A stretch of 10,585 nucleotides of DNA from Gemmatimonadales bacterium (GTDB lineage Bacteria > Gemmatimonadota > Gemmatimonadetes > Gemmatimonadales > GWC2-71-9): contig JBBQFH010000057.1 in assembly GCA_038321865.1 (NCBI GenBank), positions 1 to 10,585 of the forward strand, given 5' to 3'. The position numbers and the translations under genes are program-made. Each line of letters starts with the position of its first letter. Position 1 is the stretch's first letter. Below the pieces are notes generated by a model that was given only the letters and a program-made list of their open reading frames with translations, was not told where the DNA came from and did not search any database. Below are positions 1 to 4,959 of the stretch, one piece after another.

Positions 1-195
1 GAACGTCCCGTACGTGTTGTTGTCCGAGAAGTAGGCTTCCTGCGCCGTCTCCAGGTTCCGGAGGTCGGTCTTGATCGAGGCCAGCTTGGCCTTGTCCTTC
101 GTCGCGGCGAACTTCGGAATCGCGATCGCGGCAAGAATGCCAATGATGACGACCACGATCAGAAGCTCGATCAGGGTAAAGCCCTTGCGGTTCAT
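1..195 (-). CDS. pilA: Type IVa major pilin, N-terminal 65 codons (continues beyond the left window edge)
   Basis: Manual translation from ATG at 195: MNRKG/FTLIELLIVVVIIGILAAIAIPKFAATKDKAKLASIKTDLRNLETAQEAYFSDNNTYGTF. Short basic leader, prepilin peptidase site G|F, E5, G14 and P22 are all present. GGAGG RBS 7 nt upstream, sigma54 promoter upstream, and position directly downstream of pilSR. Confidence 0.95.
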   Translation of the reverse strand, partial: MNRKGFTLIELLIVVVIIGILAAIAIPKFAATKDKAKLASIKTDLRNLETAQEAYFSDNNTYGTF

Positions 196-202
196 GGTGC
201 TT

Positions 203-207
203 CCTCC
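203..207 (-). promoter_or_regulatory. Shine-Dalgarno sequence of pilA
   Basis: Minus strand reads TTC-GGAGG-AAGCACC-ATG, a 7-nt spacer. Confidence 0.85.
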
Positions 208-266
208 GAATGAAATGCCAGTGCTGTGGGGCGAATAGAACGGGATCGGACTCGGAGTTGGGGAAG

Positions 267-281
267 GCAATCGCTATGCCA
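267..281 (-). promoter_or_regulatory. Sigma54 (RpoN) -24/-12 promoter of pilA
   Basis: Minus strand TGGCAT-AGCGA-TTGC has the exact GG-N10-GC spacing and nearly matches TGGCACG-N4-TTGC. It points toward pilA and lies next to a sigma54 activator gene. Predicted start site is near 255. Confidence 0.9.
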
Positions 282-460
282 CCTGCGGACTTTGCGGCAC
301 AATGCATTACCGAGATGTGAGTTAGGCTCGCCGAGGGGGCCGCCAAAGCCTCCATCCCATCCCGGGGGTCAGCCGGATTTTGCAAGAGGTTCTCTGGCAG
401 AGGCCCCGGGAGCTACTCTACGCGCACGCAACGCTTTGCAGGGATCGGAAATCGGCGGGA

Positions 461-486
461 GGGAGCGCCTGATTGCGGGCGCTCCC
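461..486 (-). terminator. GC-rich hairpin 20 nt after the pilR stop (possible terminator or 3' stabilising stem)
   Basis: GGGAGCGCC-N8-GGCGCTCCC, a 9-bp perfect inverted repeat. No U-tract follows, so it is not a canonical intrinsic terminator. Confidence 0.45.
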
Positions 487-506
487 GACTGCGGGGCTAC
501 GAACGC

Positions 507-1892
507 TCAGGCGCGCGCTTCGACCGTCACCTGTTCCTCATAGCGGCTGAGCTTGCGGTAAAGCGTCGAGGGATCGATGCCAAGCACTTCGGCGGCGCGG
601 GTCTTGTTACCGCCTTCCACCTGCAGCACCCACATGATGTAGGCCCGCTCGATCACGTCGAGGGTGGGGTTCCGATACGAGCGCTCGGCCACCAGCGGCT
701 CCTTCCGGCGCCGGGTGATGCGTTCCGGCAGCGCCGCCACGTCGATCAGGCTGCCCCGCGTCATGACGCCGGCGTGCTCCAGTGCATTCTCCAGCTCGCG
801 CACGTTGCCGGGCCATTCGTAGACCATGACGGCGTCGAGCGCTTCCGACGCCAGCGCCTTCGGCTCGGCATCGGTCTCGGCGGCCATCTGCTGGAGGAAG
901 TTCTCGATCAGCAGGAGCAGATCGTCCCGCCGGTCCCGCAGCGGCGGCAGGTTCAGCGCGATCACATTCAGACGGTAGAAAAGATCCGAGCGAAAATTCC
1001 CGCGGCGGATCTCCTCTTCGAGTTCGCGGTTGGTGGCGGCGACGATGCGGACGTCCACCGGGATGGACTCGGTAGCGCCGACCGGAATGACCTCCCGCTC
1101 CTGGAGCACCCGCAGCAGCTTGACCTGCAGCGACGGGGGCATTTCGCCGACTTCATCGAGGAAGAAGGTGCCCCCGCGCGCCGCGGCGAAGAGGCCCTGC
1201 TTGTCACGCACGGCGCCGGTGAAGCTGCCCTTCACATGGCCGAACAGCTCGCTCTCGAGCAGGTTCTCGGGAAGCGCGCCGCAGTTGATGGACATGAACG
1301 GCCCGTCGGCGCGCTGGGAGAGGTTGTGGATGTAGCGGGCCACCACTTCCTTGCCGGTGCCGCTCTCACCCTGGATCAGCACGGTGGAATCCGTCGGTGC
1401 CACGTGCTCGGCCAGCTTGAGCACGTCGAGGAACCGCTTCGACTTCCCGATGGGCCGGGTGACGCCGCTGCGGTCCTTCCGCCTGATCTCCTGCTTCAGC
1501 TGCTTGTTCTCCACCCGGACGGCGCGGTACTCGCAGGCCCGTCGCAGAATGGCGACCAGCTCGTCATTGGAGAACGGCTTCTGGATGTAATAGAAGGCGC
1601 CGGAGTTGACCGCGCCGATGGCGCTCTGCAGCGACGCCTGGGCCGTCATGAGGATCACCGGGGTCATCGGGTCCTGCTCCCGAGCCGCCTGGAGGATGTC
1701 GAGCCCGGACACCTGCGGCATGCGCACGTCGGACAGAATGATGTCGTGGGTTCCGCCGCGGATCTGCTCCAGCCCGGCCTTCCCGCCCTGGGCCGTGGTG
1801 ACCTCGAATCCCTCGTTGCGCAGCAGGATGCGGAGGGTGTCGAGAATTCCCGACTCATCGTCGACGACGAGGACAGACGGCTTCTGGCTCAT
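507..1892 (-). CDS. pilR: Sigma54-dependent response regulator (REC, AAA+, Fis-type HTH), PilR-like
   Basis: REC motifs VVDDE, LSDVRMP and KPF; Walker A GESGTGKE; ESELFGH with GSFTGA loop; Walker B FFLDE; R-finger region FRSDLFYRL; WPGNVRELEN; HTH GNKTRAAEVLGIDPSTLYRKL. Lies between a PilS-like kinase and a pilin. ATGA 4-bp overlap with the kinase stop. Confidence 0.9.
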   Translation of the reverse strand: MSQKPSVLVVDDESGILDTLRILLRNEGFEVTTAQGGKAGLEQIRGGTHDIILSDVRMPQVSGLDILQAAREQDPMTPVILMTAQASLQSAIGAVNSGAFYYIQKPFSNDELVAILRRACEYRAVRVENKQLKQEIRRKDRSGVTRPIGKSKRFLDVLKLAEHVAPTDSTVLIQGESGTGKEVVARYIHNLSQRADGPFMSINCGALPENLLESELFGHVKGSFTGAVRDKQGLFAAARGGTFFLDEVGEMPPSLQVKLLRVLQEREVIPVGATESIPVDVRIVAATNRELEEEIRRGNFRSDLFYRLNVIALNLPPLRDRRDDLLLLIENFLQQMAAETDAEPKALASEALDAVMVYEWPGNVRELENALEHAGVMTRGSLIDVAALPERITRRRKEPLVAERSYRNPTLDVIERAYIMWVLQVEGGNKTRAAEVLGIDPSTLYRKLSRYEEQVTVEARA

Positions 1893-3583
1893 GCGAGTTC
1901 CTGCGCCACGCGCGTGGCGGGCAAGTAGATGGTGAACGTGGTTCCGGCGCCCGGTGCCGAATCGACCAGTACCAGGCCGCCGTGGGCTTCAACCGCACGC
2001 TGTACGATGGCCAGGCCGAGGCCGCTGCCGCCGGGTCGCGCACTGACGAAGGGCTCGAAGAGGTGTGCCCGGATCTCGTCCGGAATTCCGGGCCCGTCGT
2101 CGCGGACGATGAGCCTGACGCCGCCGTCGATATCGCTCCCGGGAGGCGCTTCCGCTTCCGTCACGGTCTCGAGGGAAACCGAGATGGTGGCTGGCCCGCG
2201 GGCGGCCTGGGCGGCGTTCAGCACCAGGTTCGCGATCGTCCTGTGGAGCAGGTCTTCATCCGCGTCGAGCACGATCCGCTCGCCGCTCACCCGGAGCACG
2301 GTGTCGGGGCGGCAGTCGGGATGCTCGCGGACGACTCGCACGGCGGCGGTCGCGACCTCGAGCAGGTCCACCGGCTCCGACCGGGTCGCCCGGACGCGGG
2401 AGAAGTCGAGGAACTCGCTCAGAATCCGGCTGAGGCGGTCACTCTCCCGCACGATCAGGGCGGCCAGCACGCGCTCGTCCTCGCCGGCATGCCGGCCCCG
2501 GGCCAGCTGCTCCACCGAGCTCCGGATCGACGCGAGCGGATTCCGGATCTCGTGCGCCAGTGACGCGCTCAGCGCGGCCACCGCTTCCAGCCGCTCGGCC
2601 CGCAGATGCAGTTCCTGCAGCTGCTTGGAATCGGAGATGTCGGTGAAGATCGCGGTCACCGACGGTGTATCCTGGGCCTGCTGCTCGAATGTCGTCGTGC
2701 TCAGGCCGATCGGGAACATCGCGCCGCTCTCATGCATCACCGTACCTTCGCCGCGGCTCACCTTCCGGCCGTTTCGAATGCCGGCGACCACCGCGGCCCA
2801 GAGCTCGGACGAGCGAAGTTTAAGCTGGTCGAGGACCGGCTGGCCAATGAGGGCCTCACCGTCGAGCTCGAGCAGCCGAGCCGCGGTCGGATTGATGAAC
2901 GCCAGCCGGCCGAGCGGGTCCACGGTGAGGACACCAGAGCGAATGTTCCGGAGAATGTCGTCCGCTTCGAGCCGTACGCGCTGGAGCTCGGTCTGGAGCG
3001 TTTCCTGCTCCATGCCCGCCTCTCGCAGCCGGTGGCCCAGGAACGCCACGATCGCGAAGACGATGTTGAAGACGGCAAGCTGGGCCCAGAATGCGAGCGG
3101 CGAGCCGCCGCCGGCGTACTTCGTCGCCGCGAAGGCGTAGACGGCCGACGCGACGACGGCGGTGACGATGCCGGCTCGAAGCGGCATCAGCACGGCGTAG
3201 GTGGCGATCACCAGCACGTACACTGCCGGCGCGATCGTGCTCCCTGCGCCCAGGAAATAGACCAGCAGCGTGGCCAGCCCCAGGTCGGCGGCGGCCTGCA
3301 GCGGGAGAAAGGCCGAACCGATCTCCCGGCGCTTGACGAACACCACCCACGCCCCATAGGTGGTGATCGTGAACGCGACGATGACGCCCACGCTCACCAA
3401 AAATGCGGAATCCGGCCGCGCGCCGGAGGTGACACCGGCGGCGATGAGCATCGTCAGGGCGATGACCAGGCGACCGGCAAACAACCAGGACAACAGTGTG
3501 CGCTGGTCGGGGAGCGACTTGGCGGGCCTGCGGGACGCGGGAGACGGAGCGCCGGCCCGTGCGGAGGTCACGTCGGCGTGCAT
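1889..3583 (-). CDS. pilS: Membrane sensor histidine kinase (about 6 TM, PAS, HisKA, HATPase), PilS-like
   Basis: Six hydrophobic N-terminal segments with short loops; PAS (ILRNIRSGVLTVDPLGRLAFINPTA); H-box LAHEIRNPL; N-box NLVLNAAQA; DDGPG, LFEPF and GGSGLGL boxes. Start reassigned to the ATG at 3583 (MHADVT, preceded by GAGGT) because the ORF-track start at 3646 overlaps the divergent gene. Confidence 0.87.
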   Translation of the reverse strand: MHADVTSARAGAPSPASRRPAKSLPDQRTLLSWLFAGRLVIALTMLIAAGVTSGARPDSAFLVSVGVIVAFTITTYGAWVVFVKRREIGSAFLPLQAAADLGLATLLVYFLGAGSTIAPAVYVLVIATYAVLMPLRAGIVTAVVASAVYAFAATKYAGGGSPLAFWAQLAVFNIVFAIVAFLGHRLREAGMEQETLQTELQRVRLEADDILRNIRSGVLTVDPLGRLAFINPTAARLLELDGEALIGQPVLDQLKLRSSELWAAVVAGIRNGRKVSRGEGTVMHESGAMFPIGLSTTTFEQQAQDTPSVTAIFTDISDSKQLQELHLRAERLEAVAALSASLAHEIRNPLASIRSSVEQLARGRHAGEDERVLAALIVRESDRLSRILSEFLDFSRVRATRSEPVDLLEVATAAVRVVREHPDCRPDTVLRVSGERIVLDADEDLLHRTIANLVLNAAQAARGPATISVSLETVTEAEAPPGSDIDGGVRLIVRDDGPGIPDEIRAHLFEPFVSARPGGSGLGLAIVQRAVEAHGGLVLVDSAPGAGTTFTIYLPATRVAQELA

Positions 3584-3625
3584 CGCACCTCGGAAACGAA
3601 CAGCAGTGGGTGGGGAACGAGCAAC

Positions 3626-3634
3626 AATATAGCA
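3626..3634 (-). promoter_or_regulatory. Candidate extended -10 sigma70-type promoter for pilSR
   Basis: Minus strand TGC-TATATT (TGn plus 5/6 match to TATAAT) in the only AT-rich patch of the intergenic gap, 42 nt before the pilS ATG. No recognisable -35. Confidence 0.6.
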
Positions 3635-3644
3635 TATTCCCCCC

Positions 3645-4628
3645 ATGACGTGGCTCGTATACGTGGCGCGGTGCGCCGACGGCAGCCTCTATACCGGGGT
3701 GACGACCGACCTGGACCGGCGAGTGGCCGCGCACAACCGCGGACGAGGCGCGGCCTATACCCGAAGCCGGCGCCCCGTCGTGCCGGTGTACGTGGAGGAC
3801 GCGCCCGATCGGGGAGCGGCGCTCCGGCGGGAGCACGCGATCAAGGCGATGTCACGCAGAGACAAGGCGATCATGGTGAGCAGCCACACGAGCCAGCCGC
3901 CCGGGCGGCCGGTGGGGTTCGCGGGGTTCGGCCCCCCCGCCCTCCGATTCTTCCGCGGCCTTCGGCGGCACAACGACCGTACGTGGTTCACCGCCCATCG
4001 AGCGGAGTTCGAGCTGCACGTGCGAGACCCCATGCGGGCGCTGGTCGAAGAGATGGACGCGCGCCTGGGACGCATGGCCCCGGAGCTGGTTGGGGATCCC
4101 GCACGGTCGGTATTCCGGATTCACCGTGACGTGCGCTTTTCGGCTGACAAGTCGCCGTACAAGACGCACGTGGCGGCACAGTTCTATCACCGGGACGCCG
4201 GCCGGGGCGCCGGCCGGGATGCGGTCGGGGCCGGCGCCTCGTTCTACTTCCATCTCGATCCCGCGGAGTCGTTCGTCGCCGGCGGGCTGTGGCTGCCGGC
4301 ACGACCGGCGCTCGGCGCGATCCGGGACGCCATCGCCGCCGAGCCGCAGGCGTTCGAGTCGATCGTCCGCGCCCCGCGATTTCGCCGGCGCTTCGGCGCC
4401 CTCGAGGATGACGCGATGCTCACGCGCATGCCGCGGGGTTACGCCGATACGCACCCGGCGGCGCGGTGGCTTCGGCATCGGTCGTTCGTCGGCTATCGCG
4501 CGCTGAGTGAAGCGGAGGTGCTCGGGCCCGGACTTCCCCGGGTGCTCGAAACCGACTTCGCGGCGTTGCTGCCGCTGGTGCGTTGGCTCAACGCCGCGGT
4601 CGGCTACCAGGCGGCGAGCCGGCGCTGA
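3645..4628 (+). CDS. Fusion protein: GIY-YIG nuclease (UPF0213/YhbQ-YazA-like, aa 1-78) plus DUF2461/TIGR02453 domain (aa about 92-327)
   Basis: N-terminus WLVYVARCADGSLYTGVTTDLDRRVAAHNRGRGAAYTRSRRP...ALRREHAIK is the UPF0213 pattern. C-terminus FAGF...LRFFRGLRRHNDRTWF...FRIHRDVRFSADKSPYKTH...FYFHL...GGLWLP is the DUF2461 pattern. One continuous frame with a Pro/Ser-rich linker. Confidence 0.85.
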   Translation: MTWLVYVARCADGSLYTGVTTDLDRRVAAHNRGRGAAYTRSRRPVVPVYVEDAPDRGAALRREHAIKAMSRRDKAIMVSSHTSQPPGRPVGFAGFGPPALRFFRGLRRHNDRTWFTAHRAEFELHVRDPMRALVEEMDARLGRMAPELVGDPARSVFRIHRDVRFSADKSPYKTHVAAQFYHRDAGRGAGRDAVGAGASFYFHLDPAESFVAGGLWLPARPALGAIRDAIAAEPQAFESIVRAPRFRRRFGALEDDAMLTRMPRGYADTHPAARWLRHRSFVGYRALSEAEVLGPGLPRVLETDFAALLPLVRWLNAAVGYQAASRR

Positions 4629-4631
4629 TGG

Positions 4632-4907
4632 TCAGCTCCCGCCCTCGCGCCTCGTCCCGACGCGCTCGGGAGCCCGCCCGGTATTCCCGTCCGCACCAGG
4701 ATGGTGAATCGTATCCTCACTGTCCGCCTGGACCCGCCCGGAGATCGACGTCGGGTCGGTGCCGCCGGTGACCTCATGCGAGGCCTGGGCATCAGCCGCG
4801 GGCTCGCGCGGATAGTCTTCCGGCGCGCAACCGGACGACAGCATGCCTGCCAGAGCGAGCGACGCCACCGCGCCGGCCGAGCGCCGGCAGAGCTTCCATT
4901 CCGCCAT
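4632..4907 (-). CDS. Small hypothetical protein (91 aa), probable lipoprotein with a low-complexity mature part
   Basis: ATG at 4907 is preceded by GAGGT. MAEWKLCRR n-region, Ala/Leu h-region, then LSSG|C27 (imperfect lipobox). Fills the gap exactly and stops 3 nt from the convergent gene. No family recognised. Confidence 0.6.
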   Translation of the reverse strand: MAEWKLCRRSAGAVASLALAGMLSSGCAPEDYPREPAADAQASHEVTGGTDPTSISGRVQADSEDTIHHPGADGNTGRAPERVGTRREGGS

Positions 4908-4959
4908 CTTGACCTCACGTATGAGTGACCCGCCCCAAATGTAATGCGGGGGCGAAGCG

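Noticed and set aside
206..220. Second sigma54-like element TGGCAT-TTCAT-TCGG on the minus strand
   Set aside because: The -12 position is GG rather than GC, it overlaps the RBS, and its start site would fall at the start codon.
204..257. Possible anti-SD pairing in the pilA leader (CUCCGA with UCGGAG)
   Set aside because: Only 6 bp, and the predicted start site near 255 cuts into the 5' arm. No riboswitch-like fold was recognised.
226..543. 105-aa plus-strand ORF in the pilA-pilR gap
   Set aside because: GTG start without RBS, no recognisable motifs, runs antisense across the pilA promoter and overlaps the pilR 3' end.
3584..3646. ORF-track N-terminal extensions of pilS (start 3646) and of the lipoprotein ORF (start 4970)
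   Set aside because: Both overlap neighbouring genes and cross likely promoter DNA. Downstream ATGs at 3583 and 4907 have SD-like GAGGT.
3645..3880. GIY-YIG domain as a homing endonuclease or mobile element
   Set aside because: It matches the short cellular UPF0213 type, with no intron/intein context, NUMOD-type repeats or flanking target duplications.
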